Source: Patescibacteria group bacterium (GTDB taxonomy: Bacteria > Patescibacteriota > Patescibacteriia > JAXHNJ01). Taken from it: a DNA stretch of 64,000 nt. Location: positions 68,964-132,963 of the forward strand of contig JBAZMP010000002.1 in assembly GCA_041649715.1 (NCBI GenBank). Reading direction: 5' to 3'. The position numbers and the translations under genes are program-made. Every line of letters begins with the position of its first letter. Position 1 is the first letter of the stretch. Below, one piece after another: positions 29,477 to 39,797 of this stretch. The notes under the pieces are model-generated. The model saw nothing but the letters and a program-made list of their open reading frames with translations. It ran no database searches and was not told the origin of the DNA.

Positions 29477-30466
29477 ATGTTGATTTTTCTACATGGTCCG
29501 GATACTTACCGGTCAAGACAGAGGTTAAAATTTTATAAAGAGGGTTTTAAAAAGAAATATGACCCCCGGGGTTTGAATATTGAGGTCCTGGCGGGCGAAA
29601 AACTGACCTTGGCTGAATTCCAAAAGAAGTTGTCAAGTAAGGGGTTACTAGCCCAAAAAAGGCTGGTCGTGGTGGAAGAGCTGATCAGCAAGAACAAAAG
29701 CAAAAAAATCCAGGAGGAGCTCGCTGACTACCTTAAAAAAAATCCGCCCGACAGCGATCAGGTCCTGGTTTTTTGGGAGGGGAATATAGGGGGAGGGCGA
29801 AAGAAAGGCAGGCGGATAAAAGAGGCCAGCGGCCAGCTTTTAGATTTATTAGCGGATAAAGCAAAGGTCGAGGAATTCCCGCTTTTGTCCGGCGCCGCTT
29901 TGGCTAAATGGGTCAGGGAAGAAGTGACCCGGCGCCAGGGCAGAATAGCGCCCGATGCCTTTGAGCTATTGATCGTCTTGGTGGGCAGCGACCTGTGGGA
30001 AATGGTCAACGAAATTGAAAAGCTGGTAAACTTTAAAAACGGAAAGATCATCACTAAGGAGGAAGTGGGCGAATTTGTCAAAGCGGGTTTTGATACGGAT
30101 ATTTTTAAGCTTTCTGACGCTCTGGCGGAAAGAAGGTTGAAGGTCGCCTTAAAGCTTATTCACGATCAGATAGAAAGCGGAGAAAACGTCCTCTATCTAT
30201 TGACCATGCTGACCCGTCAGTTCCGCATCCTGCTTTTGGTCAAGGAAACTTCTAAAGAAGAAAACAATACATATGCCGTCGCTTCACGCTTGGGCCTTCA
30301 TCCTTTTGTTTGCCAAAAAGCCCTGTCCCAGGTGAAAAATTTCAGCCTGACTGAATTAAAAAATATTTACCAGAAACTGCTGGAAATAGACATTAAGATA
30401 AAAACCAGCCAGGCGGAACCGAAAGTCCTGTTTGATATGTTCATTTTTGAAGTGTGTAAGGTTTGA
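29477..30466 (+). CDS. holA: DNA polymerase III subunit delta
   Basis: MLIFLHGPDTY, GSDLWEMVNEIEKL, IFKLSDAL, LHPFV, DIKIKT. Confidence 0.92.
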   Translation: MLIFLHGPDTYRSRQRLKFYKEGFKKKYDPRGLNIEVLAGEKLTLAEFQKKLSSKGLLAQKRLVVVEELISKNKSKKIQEELADYLKKNPPDSDQVLVFWEGNIGGGRKKGRRIKEASGQLLDLLADKAKVEEFPLLSGAALAKWVREEVTRRQGRIAPDAFELLIVLVGSDLWEMVNEIEKLVNFKNGKIITKEEVGEFVKAGFDTDIFKLSDALAERRLKVALKLIHDQIESGENVLYLLTMLTRQFRILLLVKETSKEENNTYAVASRLGLHPFVCQKALSQVKNFSLTELKNIYQKLLEIDIKIKTSQAEPKVLFDMFIFEVCKV

Positions 30467-30534
30467 TTCCCGGTTATGGTTATTGGGTATGGGGCGTGGC
30501 GGTTAGTATGGCCCTAGGGCATGGTTTTAGGGAT

Positions 30535-30593
30535 AAATCCGAAATTCGAAATCCTAAATCCTAAACAGATCCCAATATTTAAATTCCAAAACA
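30535..30593. repeat. Left half of the heptamer-palindrome element
   Basis: AAATCCG AAATTCG AAATCCT AAATCCT AAAC..., collinear with 46632-46696. Confidence 0.65.
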
Positions 30594-30716
30594 AGAAGCT
30601 TGGGTTGCCTCTTGACTTTTAATCGTGAATATGCTAGATTATTTTATTATCGGAAAAACCGATAATCATCATTTGCATGGGGCAATGATGCACGAACCTT
30701 GAAAGGGGGTTGTCGT

Positions 30717-31268
30717 ATGACGACGAAACACGTTGTCGCAGACGACGTCCTGGGCAGGATCAGCCGGAAGGTCTGGGAACTGATCCGCAGAGTTCTTGAG
30801 GGTTCGGTGGATCCCAAAAGGTCTGCTGAAATCGTTCAGCTGGCGCTTGAGGGAGTACCGGAGCCCAGAGATGAGGGATCAAGCTGGGGAACCTATGTTC
30901 TGGAGTTACATTGGGCGTGGGACAATGGTCATCAGGAGTTTGTGACCATTGGCATAGAGAAGTTCGATCACCCTATTCCCTTCGAGAGGATTATTGATTC
31001 TTCTGCAAAACAGGAGGATAGAGATCAACTTCTAAGAGAGCTCAAAGAAGCCAGTCGCTCAATTGGTCTCAGCGCTCCGATGGGTAGCCCTCGGATGATT
31101 CGGCTCTATCGTGTAGTCCGCGTTGACTATTTCGGCTGGGATCCGAGCTTAAGTTTCGGGACCAGACTAGGGCGAGAAGGAGCAGTGGATCTCCACTTCA
31201 TTTTGAATCCCATCTGTGACTTCGATGACGATGACAAACCGATTCACTGTAGAATCGAGAAGGACTAG
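30717..31268 (+). CDS. Hypothetical protein
   Basis: SD GAAAGGGGG; N-terminal helix VWELIRRVLEGSVDP; own promoter and terminator. Confidence 0.65.
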   Translation: MTTKHVVADDVLGRISRKVWELIRRVLEGSVDPKRSAEIVQLALEGVPEPRDEGSSWGTYVLELHWAWDNGHQEFVTIGIEKFDHPIPFERIIDSSAKQEDRDQLLRELKEASRSIGLSAPMGSPRMIRLYRVVRVDYFGWDPSLSFGTRLGREGAVDLHFILNPICDFDDDDKPIHCRIEKD

Positions 31269-31389
31269 CACTCGATAAGAGTTGGGGCCTGCTTAGTAGC
31301 GAAAGCGAACAGCAGGCATTTTTATTATATTAAATCTTTTTAAAACAAAACAAAAAAGTGGCCTTAAGCCACCTTTTTAATTGAAGAAT

Positions 31390-31659
31390 TTAACTTTTGA
31401 GTAAGGCGTTCAGCTTTTTCGAAAGCCTTGATTTTTTCCGGCCGGCGGTATTTTTTTTCAGATAGCCGTTTGAGGCGGCCTTGTCATAGGCCTTGATCAA
31501 TTTTTTGGCCAGCTCTCCCGCTTTGGCCTTATCTTTTTTCTCGCAGGATTGGCGGAAAGCAACTGACATTTTTTTTATCGCATTAATGACCGTCAGGTTT
31601 CTGGCCCGTCTTTTTTTTGCTTGACGCAGGTCCTTAAAAGCCGCTTTTTGTATGGGCAT
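31390..31659 (-). CDS. rpsT: 30S ribosomal protein S20
   Basis: MPIQKAAFKDLRQ...DKAASNGYLKKNTAGRKKSRL. Confidence 0.95.
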   Translation of the reverse strand: MPIQKAAFKDLRQAKKRRARNLTVINAIKKMSVAFRQSCEKKDKAKAGELAKKLIKAYDKAASNGYLKKNTAGRKKSRLSKKLNALLKS

Positions 31660-31833
31660 AAATATATTTATGGGTTAATTAGGTTAAAACTATTGTAGCA
31701 CAGAATCCTTTCTTTTTCAAGATTTTATGACCTTTGTTATATTTGACGGGAAACAACTTTAGATATAAGATTTAATTTCTCTTTCAAGGAGAGTCCTTTT
31801 CATTTTAAAGTGTGCCTAAAAGGAGGTTTGGTT

Positions 31834-33321
31834 ATGAGTGGTCATTTTGGGATGTTTAACGGGGATAAACAGCTTAAGTCGGAGAGATTGGTTTCTTTGT
31901 GCCGTTTGGGAGCGACTTCGATTCAGCACCGGGGTCCGGGCTGGACGGGTGTCTCCTATACGAATGGTGACCGGGTTTGGGCCGACGATAAGGCGCCAAA
32001 AAAAGTGGAAGATTTCATGACGGAAAGCCTGATGAAAAAGATTTTATCAGACGAGCCGGTCGCTTTAGCCATCCATGTCCAGCAATCCTTAAAGGGAATG
32101 CGGGGCAAGATTGACGCTCAACATCACTATGTTCGGGGTGCCCACGGTACCTGGAGTCTTTCGACAGACGGCGCGATTCCGAGAGTCGATGAGCTCAGGG
32201 AACAGCTGAAAAGAGAAAAAGTGCCTTTTTATGGGCATTCAACCGCCGAGTTTTTGCTTCTTTCCATTCTGCACATTTACGAAAGCGGTTCGAGTGATCT
32301 CATCAAGGCCATGACCCAGGTGATGAATAAAACGGTCGGCGTTTTTTCCGCCTGTTTAATGACCGGAGAAGCGGCTTATCTCTTCCGTGACCGGTTTGCC
32401 GGCCAGCCTTTCTGGTTAGCCAGATTCGGCTCGGTCTACGTCTGGGCTTCCGAGTCTTGCGCCATTGACCAAATGCGGTGGGTTCTAGGCGAACCCGAAC
32501 TTTTCCGGGTTATCCGGCCAGGAGAGATTATTCGGATTGATTGTCGGGATAACTTCGACAGCATTCAAGCGGTGGAGCCGTCTCGGCCTTTGAAGCGATG
32601 CATCTTCAATCCCGTTTATACGGCGCGGCCGGACAGTCTGATCGAAAACTATGAAATTGTCGACTGGCAATCAAGGATGGCTTTGATTAAGGAGGGTAGG
32701 GTTTCCACCATCGGTACGCATCGGATGAGAGCCGCCCAGTTTTCGTTCGGCCAGAGGGAACTGCCGGAAAATTCCATCATCATCTCGGTTCCGGCTTCCG
32801 GCGATTTCTACCAGGATGGTTTGTCCCAAGCCTCTGGCTTAGCCATGCATCATGGCATCGTCAGAAATCCTTACGTTGGCCGAACTTTTTTGGGCCCTTT
32901 CCAGGAAGCCAGGGAAGAAATGGCTTTGTTGAAATTCAACCCCTTGCCGGATTTATTCGTCGGCCATCCGAATGTGGTGGTCACCGACGATTCAATCGTC
33001 CGGGGAACGAATTTCAAGAAGATTTGTTGGATGCTCCGTCATTGCGGCGCAAAAAATATCCAGCTGCGGATCGGTTCGCCGCCCTACATCGGCGTCTGCC
33101 ATTACGGCGGTGATACCCGGACCGAAGAGGAATTATTCGCCAATCAGTGTCGGGGTGAAGATGCCCAAGTCGATATCGTCCGCCTCGCCAAGGAGATTGG
33201 CGCCGATAGCGTGGAGTATCTTACCCTGGAGAATTTAAAGAAATGTATCGGCTTGATTTCAAATCCTGATGATTACTGCTATTCCTGCTTTGACTGCCAG
33301 AGATGGCACGAGGAGGTTTGA
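31834..33321 (+). CDS. purF: Amidophosphoribosyltransferase-like protein, divergent, Cys1 replaced by Ser
   Basis: MSGHFG, IQHRG, CIFNPVYTARPDS, RNPYVGRTF, DDSIVRGT, CHYGGD, YCYSCF; SD AAAGGAGGT. Confidence 0.85.
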   Translation: MSGHFGMFNGDKQLKSERLVSLCRLGATSIQHRGPGWTGVSYTNGDRVWADDKAPKKVEDFMTESLMKKILSDEPVALAIHVQQSLKGMRGKIDAQHHYVRGAHGTWSLSTDGAIPRVDELREQLKREKVPFYGHSTAEFLLLSILHIYESGSSDLIKAMTQVMNKTVGVFSACLMTGEAAYLFRDRFAGQPFWLARFGSVYVWASESCAIDQMRWVLGEPELFRVIRPGEIIRIDCRDNFDSIQAVEPSRPLKRCIFNPVYTARPDSLIENYEIVDWQSRMALIKEGRVSTIGTHRMRAAQFSFGQRELPENSIIISVPASGDFYQDGLSQASGLAMHHGIVRNPYVGRTFLGPFQEAREEMALLKFNPLPDLFVGHPNVVVTDDSIVRGTNFKKICWMLRHCGAKNIQLRIGSPPYIGVCHYGGDTRTEEELFANQCRGEDAQVDIVRLAKEIGADSVEYLTLENLKKCIGLISNPDDYCYSCFDCQRWHEEV

Positions 33322-33552
33322 TCTTTTTCAGCAGACGGCGGCTCCGCAAAGCGAGAGCCGCCTTTTTTTGCCTGATTGACATTTATTAATAATTTTTGTA
33401 AGGTTAGGGCAATATTTATGAGATGTGGAGGGTTGAACTTTGACATTTTTTTGTTTATTTCAGCGAAAAAGTGGCTAAGGAGGTGACGGCGATAAGGTTA
33501 GTCTAAATCCGGTAAAGTCGGCACAGTTGTTTACAGCAAGGAGGTCAGCGAA

Positions 33553-34158
33553 ATGAAGACGGAAGTGTTCGTAGAATTTTTCCTGGCGCGGCTCGATTAC
33601 ATGCTCAATTACTGGAAAGAAATCGGCGTCAACGACATCTTGCGGTTGCCCAAGTGGTTCAATCTCCAGGCCCTTTACGATAGGAAAGGCGGAGTATTTC
33701 CTCTTAACGATCTTCGGAAGATGATCGCCGAGGTATCGGAAAAGGCAAGCGCGGATGAGCTGGAAGGTTTTTTCCGCGGTTTGATCGCGGCCATCAGGTT
33801 GCTGGACCTGTCGATAGACTTCGACGAGAAAGACCAGGTCGTCCAGAAAAGAAAGGAATCAAGAGGCGAAGCTGGCCAAGCCGCCGAAAAAGGGGAAGGA
33901 GGCTTTCCCAAGAGCGAGAGAATGCAAACCATGGCCGAGGCCTGGCAAGCCTATTCGCCAGGTCCGTCCGGAGAAACTCTCAGGCAAACCTTGGCTCGTT
34001 CACTCAATACCTTCGAAGGGAAAGAGTGGAATAATGAGATGACCAAGGCTTTGAAGGCAGCCGGCACAAGGAAAATACAGGTCGGGTACTCTGACCAGGG
34101 TAATTTCAGAAATTCCGCGGCTCTGAGAGGATTGCTCAAATCCAAGTCCGGGCTTTAG
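33553..34158 (+). CDS. Hypothetical protein upstream of the sigma factor
   Basis: SD AAGGAGGT; 201-aa ORF. Confidence 0.7.
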   Translation: MKTEVFVEFFLARLDYMLNYWKEIGVNDILRLPKWFNLQALYDRKGGVFPLNDLRKMIAEVSEKASADELEGFFRGLIAAIRLLDLSIDFDEKDQVVQKRKESRGEAGQAAEKGEGGFPKSERMQTMAEAWQAYSPGPSGETLRQTLARSLNTFEGKEWNNEMTKALKAAGTRKIQVGYSDQGNFRNSAALRGLLKSKSGL

Positions 34159-34202
34159 ATTAGTCACTCGTTTCTCCAGAAAAATTAAAGGAGGTGAGAT
34201 AG

Positions 34203-36119
34203 TTGGCTCAGACGGAATTGGGGAGAAGAATCGAGAAGAAATTCGGCAAGCAGCCGATCGATGACATCCTACGCCAAGTTTTTCGGATGACTGAGGGCGA
34301 CATTGATAAAATGTTGCGTTCTATTGATGAGCCGGAACTGACCCGGCCGATTCTGGAACAGGCCTTGCGTAATCTTGGCCTCCTCTCTTCTTCTCCCCGT
34401 CCGGCCAATCAGCGGGAGAAGAAAGCGACAAAATCACCAACCCCGCCTGAAGATAGGAGAGATGAAAGTCTGACTTTGGCCGAGGCTTTGCGCTTGGCCC
34501 AAAGGAAGGCCAAAGGCAAGGGTTTTTTGCTTGTTTCTGAGATCGACCAGATCGCCCGCCGCTTGTTTTCTTCCGGTGACCACGCTCTGCTTCTGGAATC
34601 CCTGGAGGTTTGGCTGGAGGAAAACGGTTTTGTAAGCTATGAGTCGCTGGAAGAAGCGCGTCTGGCCATCAAAACGCGGGCCGTTAAGCGCGTTAAGAGC
34701 CTCTCGTCTTTCTGGTCAAACGATCTTGTCCGTCTCTATCTAAGCGAGACCAAAAAAACGCCGTTGCTCAACCGCGAGCAAGAAGAGTCTCTAGGTCGCC
34801 GGATGGAGGAAGCCATCTTGGAAATTTTTTCCTTTTTGGCTCTTTCCCAGGTGACCTACACTTTTTTAAGGAGAATCAGCGAAAGCTTGCGGTCTAGTCC
34901 GGCTCTGCTGACCGACGTATTCGTCACCGAACAAAAAGGGCGCATGCCCTCTGCTCTGCAGCTGGAACGGAAGAGAAAAGCGGCCATCGCGGGACTTAAG
35001 GAGTTGTGTCACGAAGGCGAAGCTTTTTTGCGTCTTAAGAGCCAGTCTAAAGGCTGGGCCGGCAGACGCCAGGCAATGGTTGATCTTTTGGTCAGGCAGG
35101 ACTTTCAGCCGGATTTTATCGAGACCCTGATGGTTCACGTCATGAAAAATCACACCACGCACTTGCTCGATACGAGGGATCCGGGAGAGTTCAAAAGCGG
35201 TCTAAGAAAGGCAATGACCGTTCTAGATGAGGCCAGGCATAATTTCATCGTCGCCAATGTCCGGCTGGTCATCAGTATCGCCAAGCATTATCTCGGCCAT
35301 GGTCTGGAATTCCTGGATCTTATTCAGGAAGGCAATCTCGGTCTGATGCACGCGGTGGAGAGGTATGATTACCGCAAAGGTTTCAAATTCTCCACTTACG
35401 CCACTTGGTGGATTCGCCAGTCGATGTCCAGGGCGCTCGCCAACCAATCGAGGACCATCCGGGTGCCGGTCCACATGATCGGGCATATTAACAAAGTAAA
35501 CCGGGTAATTCGTTATTTGCAGAAGACAACCGGTCGGTTGGAGTTCGAACCCAAGGAAATTGCCAAACACCTTTTTGGATATTCGGCGGAAAAAGTGGCC
35601 CAAGTTCTAAAAGCCGACGCCCGAATGATTTCTCTTCATGGTTTGATTAGTCCCGATGCAGACGGGGATGAACTGATTGATTTTCTGCCTGATCGGAATG
35701 CGGTCAGCCCGATAGATGAGGCAGAACAAGCCAGTATCCGGCAGAAACTGGAGGCCTTGCTCGAATACTTAAAGGACAACGAAGCCTTGATCATCTGTTT
35801 GCGGTTCGGCTTATGCACCGAGTGGTCGCTGGACGGAGTGGGGCCCAGCGTAAGAGCCATCGAGATTAAGGAACTAAAAGAAGAAGTTGAACTACTGGTT
35901 GAACATCACAAAAAGGGCAGCTACCTCACCTTGGAGGAAGTGGGCGCCATCCTTAGTCTTACACGGGAGAGAATCCGGCAGATCGAGGTCAAGGCGATCG
36001 TAAAGCTTCGTCACCCCAGCCTTAATCACCCGAAGAAAGCAGCCATTGTCCGCGATCTGTACGCTCTCTACCATTCAGAAGTGGAAAACGATCTTTTTAG
36101 CGGAGGAAGAAAAATATAA
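34203..36119 (+). CDS. RpoD-like (group 1 type) sigma-70 factor, divergent
   Basis: DLVRLYL, ANVRLVISIAKHY, DLIQEGNLGL, KFSTYATWWIRQ, RTIRVPVHM, TLEEVG...TRERIRQIE. Confidence 0.9.
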   Translation: MAQTELGRRIEKKFGKQPIDDILRQVFRMTEGDIDKMLRSIDEPELTRPILEQALRNLGLLSSSPRPANQREKKATKSPTPPEDRRDESLTLAEALRLAQRKAKGKGFLLVSEIDQIARRLFSSGDHALLLESLEVWLEENGFVSYESLEEARLAIKTRAVKRVKSLSSFWSNDLVRLYLSETKKTPLLNREQEESLGRRMEEAILEIFSFLALSQVTYTFLRRISESLRSSPALLTDVFVTEQKGRMPSALQLERKRKAAIAGLKELCHEGEAFLRLKSQSKGWAGRRQAMVDLLVRQDFQPDFIETLMVHVMKNHTTHLLDTRDPGEFKSGLRKAMTVLDEARHNFIVANVRLVISIAKHYLGHGLEFLDLIQEGNLGLMHAVERYDYRKGFKFSTYATWWIRQSMSRALANQSRTIRVPVHMIGHINKVNRVIRYLQKTTGRLEFEPKEIAKHLFGYSAEKVAQVLKADARMISLHGLISPDADGDELIDFLPDRNAVSPIDEAEQASIRQKLEALLEYLKDNEALIICLRFGLCTEWSLDGVGPSVRAIEIKELKEEVELLVEHHKKGSYLTLEEVGAILSLTRERIRQIEVKAIVKLRHPSLNHPKKAAIVRDLYALYHSEVENDLFSGGRKI

Positions 36120-36161
36120 TTGATAAGGACCCGATTCCCTTGACGGAGCGGGCCCTTTTTT

Positions 36162-36192
36162 ATCCCATTATAAATCGCATTTCTAACGGGAT
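36162..36192. repeat. CCCGTTAGA/TCTAACGGG palindrome overlapping the uvrB stop codon
   Basis: ATCCCATTATAAAT-CGC-ATTTCTAACGGGAT; related half-site TCCCGTTAGAAA at 29401. Confidence 0.5.
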
Positions 36193-38165
36193 TCCTTCTT
36201 AATTTGATTTTTTATTTCGGCTATTTCATCCCGTAAACTGGCCGCTTTTTCAAATTCCAGGTTTTTGGCGGCTAGGTTCATCTGGTTTTCCAGATCAAAA
36301 AGCAGATGCGAGATTTCATCTTTGGGAATTTTTTCAATATTCACTTTAGGCAACTCTTCTTCGGCGCGTTTGGCGCCGGCCAGGCGGTCGTCGCGGATGG
36401 CTTTTTGGATGGATTTCGGGGTGATGCGATGTTTTTTATTATATTCTTCCTGGTATTTTCTCCGGCGGTTGGTTTCCATAATAGCCGCTTTCATCGAGCC
36501 GGTGATTTTATCGGCATACATGATGATATGACCTTCCTGGTGGCGGGCGGCCCGGCCCATGGTTTGAATTAAAGCCGTGTCGGTTCTTAAGAATCCTTCT
36601 TTATCCGCGTCCAAAATGGCGATTAAAGTCACTTCCGGCAGATCCAAGCCTTCGCGGAGCAGATTTATGCCTACTAACACGTCGTATTTTCCGGTGCGCA
36701 GATCTCTTAAAATTTCCAGGCGCTCGAAAGTGTCAATCTCCGAGTGGAGATAATGGACGCTGACATTGGCTTCTTTTAAATATTCGGCCAGCTCCTCGGC
36801 CAGTCTTTTGGTCAGAGTTGTCACAAGTACCCGTTGTTTTTTCTTGACCCTTTCTTTAATCTGATGGATCAGGTCATCAATCTGGTTTTTGGTCGGCTTG
36901 ACCTCAATGGTCGGGTCGAGCAGGCCGGTCGGCCGCAGAAGTTGTTCGACTATTTGCTTCGATTTTTGTAGTTCATAAGGAGCCGGGGTCGCTGAAGTAT
37001 AGATAACCTGATTGATTTTTTGGCTGAATTCCTCAAATTTTAAGGGCCGGTTATCCAGGGCCGAAGGCAGCCGGAAACCGTATTCAATCAGGACTTTTTT
37101 CCGGGAGCGGTCGCCCTCGTACATGCCGCCTACTTGGGGCACGGTCATGTGGGATTCGTCAATGAACATTAAGAAGTTTTTAGGAAAGTAATCAAGAAGA
37201 GTGAAAGGCGCCTGCCCGGGGTTCCGGCCGTCAAAATAGCGGGAATAGTTTTCAATCCCGGCACAAAAACCGGTGTTTTTTATCATTTCCAGATCAAAAT
37301 TTGTTCTCTGGGTAAGCCGTTCGGCCTCCAAGGGCTTATTTTGTTTTTTAAATTCCGTCCGGCGCAAGGTCAGGTCTTTCTTGATTTGCGAGATCGCTTC
37401 CTCCTGATTTTCCGGCGGGGTGACATAGTGGGAGGCCGGAAAAATTTTGACATCATTTATGACCTGCAAAGTATCCGAGGTCAGAGGATCAAAAAGAGAA
37501 ATTTTTTCCACCGTATCGCCGGCGAATTCGATCCGGTAAGCTTCTTCCCGGAGTGAGGCCGGATAAATATCAATGACGTCGCCACGGATACGGAAAGTGC
37601 CCCGCTTGAAATCAATATCGTTTCTTTGATACTGAATATTGGCCAGCTGCTTTAAAAAATGAGAGCGTCTTATTATTTCGCCTTTTTTTATTTTAACGCT
37701 TAGATTCAGGTAAGCGGCCGGGGCGCCAAGATTATAGATACAGGAAACTGAAGCGACAATAATGACGTCTTTTCTGGTTAGCAGATCCGTGGTGGCCGCA
37801 TGCCTAAGGCGGTCGATTTCTTCGTTGATCTGGGTCTCTTTTTCGATATAGGTGTCAGTGCGGGGGATGTAGGCTTCAGGCTGGTAATAATCGTAATAGG
37901 AAACAAAATAATTGACGGCATTTTTCGGGAAAAATTCCCGAAATTCCGAGGCAAGCTGAGCGGCCAGGGTTTTATTGTGCGAGATGATCAGGGTCGGCCT
38001 CTGGACGGCCGCGATGATGTTGGCCATGGTAAATGTTTTGCCCGACCCGGTCACGCCTAAAAGAGTCTGGTCGCGATATTTTTTAGCCAAGCCCGCCACC
38101 AGTTTATTTATGGCTTGGGGCTGGTCGCCTTTGGGCTTGAATTTTGCCTGCAGAAGAAATTTCAT
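36183..38165 (-). CDS. uvrB: Excinuclease ABC subunit B
   Basis: [38 protein letters not shown]-terminal UVR domain. Confidence 0.98.
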   Translation of the reverse strand: MKFLLQAKFKPKGDQPQAINKLVAGLAKKYRDQTLLGVTGSGKTFTMANIIAAVQRPTLIISHNKTLAAQLASEFREFFPKNAVNYFVSYYDYYQPEAYIPRTDTYIEKETQINEEIDRLRHAATTDLLTRKDVIIVASVSCIYNLGAPAAYLNLSVKIKKGEIIRRSHFLKQLANIQYQRNDIDFKRGTFRIRGDVIDIYPASLREEAYRIEFAGDTVEKISLFDPLTSDTLQVINDVKIFPASHYVTPPENQEEAISQIKKDLTLRRTEFKKQNKPLEAERLTQRTNFDLEMIKNTGFCAGIENYSRYFDGRNPGQAPFTLLDYFPKNFLMFIDESHMTVPQVGGMYEGDRSRKKVLIEYGFRLPSALDNRPLKFEEFSQKINQVIYTSATPAPYELQKSKQIVEQLLRPTGLLDPTIEVKPTKNQIDDLIHQIKERVKKKQRVLVTTLTKRLAEELAEYLKEANVSVHYLHSEIDTFERLEILRDLRTGKYDVLVGINLLREGLDLPEVTLIAILDADKEGFLRTDTALIQTMGRAARHQEGHIIMYADKITGSMKAAIMETNRRRKYQEEYNKKHRITPKSIQKAIRDDRLAGAKRAEEELPKVNIEKIPKDEISHLLFDLENQMNLAAKNLEFEKAASLRDEIAEIKNQIKKESR

Positions 38166-38167
38166 AT

Positions 38168-39655
38168 TTATCGTCCGGCGGCGCGGGTTAATCTTTTTAT
38201 TTTTCCGGCCAAAGCGGGCGTCAGTCGATTAGCCGGACAGCGCCAGCGCCAATTATTCTTGTTAGTGGCCGGTCTGTTGAAGCGGGCCTCGGCGCCTAAA
38301 TCAAGAAAATCCTGGAGGGGCGTGATAAAAGTCTCTATTTTGGATTTTAGGCCGGCTTCGATTAATTTCCGGGTAAAATTGGTTTTTAAGGCCTTTAAAT
38401 ATTTTAAGGCGAATTTCCGGTGGTAAGAGTAGCTGGATTTTTCCAGCCAGCCCCTGGCGGTATCTGTGTCGTGGTTGCCGGTATAGGCGACGCCGCGAAC
38501 GGGAAAATTCGGCAAAAAGTGAAAATTATCTTTTTCGCCGCTGAAACCAAAAAGCATGACCCGCATGCCGGGAAATTTGAATTTTTCCCTTAAACGGATA
38601 ACTTCGGGAGTGATCAACCCGAGATCTTCAGCGACAATGGGTAACCGCCCCAGTTTTTTTCTTAGCGTATAAAAAAGCTTATCTCCCGGCACCTTGACCC
38701 AGCGGCCAAGGCGGCCGTCTTTTCGGCCGTATTTGATGAACCATAAATCTTGATAGCCTCGGAAATGATCGACACGAATCAAATCGTAGAGGCGGAAAGC
38801 CTGTTGAAAACGGTTAACCTGCCAGGCAAATCTGGTTTTTTGTATGGCTTTCCAGTCGTATTGAGGATTGTTCCAGATTTGGCCCCAACGGCTGAAGTAA
38901 TCGGGTGGCACTCCGCCGACGTAAAACGGCCGGTTCTTTCTGTTCAATAAAAATAATTTCCGGTTGGCCCAGACGTCAACGCTGTCCAAGATAACAAAAA
39001 ACGGCAGGTCGCCGAATATTTTCACGCCTTTTTGATTGGCATATTTTTTTAAAGCCAACCACTGGCCAAAGAAAATCCACTGCTCGTATTTATAAAAATC
39101 AATCAACCTATCCAATTTTTTCTGCCAGACGGACATAACTTTTTGATCTCTGTTCGCCAATGGTTTCGGCCAGCGGGACCAGGGCCGGCCGCGGAAATGA
39201 TCCTTTAAGGCCATGAAAAAAGCGTAATCGGAGAGCCAGGCCTTTTCCTTTTTTTGGAAAGCCAGATATCTTTTTTTCTGTAATTTATTGCTTTGGCGGT
39301 AGAAAAATTCATAGGATTTCTTGAGGAGGATTAATCTCTGTTTTTTTATGAGATCATATTGAGCGGGTTTAACCGGCAGTCTCGGCGGCAAGTCCTTTTT
39401 AGCGAGCAGATTGTCTTTTACCAGCTTTTCCGGGCTGATCAAAAGCCAGTTACCGGCCATGGCGGAAGAGGAAGCGTAGGGGCTGCCGATATTATCATAA
39501 TCATCCGGAATATTAAGGGGCAGGATTTCCCAGATTTTTTGGCCGGATTTTTCCAGGAAATCGACAAATTGAAAAGCAGCCGAGCCAAAATCGCCCAGAC
39601 CGTAAGGACTGGGTAGACAAGTGGGGTGAAGTAAAATACCGGATGATCGTTTCAT
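38168..39655 (-). CDS. malQ: 4-alpha-glucanotransferase (GH77)
   Basis: [44 protein letters not shown]. Confidence 0.95.
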   Translation of the reverse strand: MKRSSGILLHPTCLPSPYGLGDFGSAAFQFVDFLEKSGQKIWEILPLNIPDDYDNIGSPYASSSAMAGNWLLISPEKLVKDNLLAKKDLPPRLPVKPAQYDLIKKQRLILLKKSYEFFYRQSNKLQKKRYLAFQKKEKAWLSDYAFFMALKDHFRGRPWSRWPKPLANRDQKVMSVWQKKLDRLIDFYKYEQWIFFGQWLALKKYANQKGVKIFGDLPFFVILDSVDVWANRKLFLLNRKNRPFYVGGVPPDYFSRWGQIWNNPQYDWKAIQKTRFAWQVNRFQQAFRLYDLIRVDHFRGYQDLWFIKYGRKDGRLGRWVKVPGDKLFYTLRKKLGRLPIVAEDLGLITPEVIRLREKFKFPGMRVMLFGFSGEKDNFHFLPNFPVRGVAYTGNHDTDTARGWLEKSSYSYHRKFALKYLKALKTNFTRKLIEAGLKSKIETFITPLQDFLDLGAEARFNRPATNKNNWRWRCPANRLTPALAGKIKRLTRAAGR

Positions 39656-39797
39656 ATCCCTTAATGATATAGGAAGATTGCATATTTGACAATTATATAT
39701 TTATTTGGTATAATATATTTAGTTAGTAACTAAACTGATAAATTCAAATTTATCCCCGTTTTCTCCCATCATTATTTACTCCAAAATATTATAAAAT

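Noticed and set aside
33477-33510. Extra AAGGAGGTGA site upstream of the 201-aa gene as a leader peptide start
   Set aside because: It is followed only by ATA AGG TTA GTC TAA, which is too little support.
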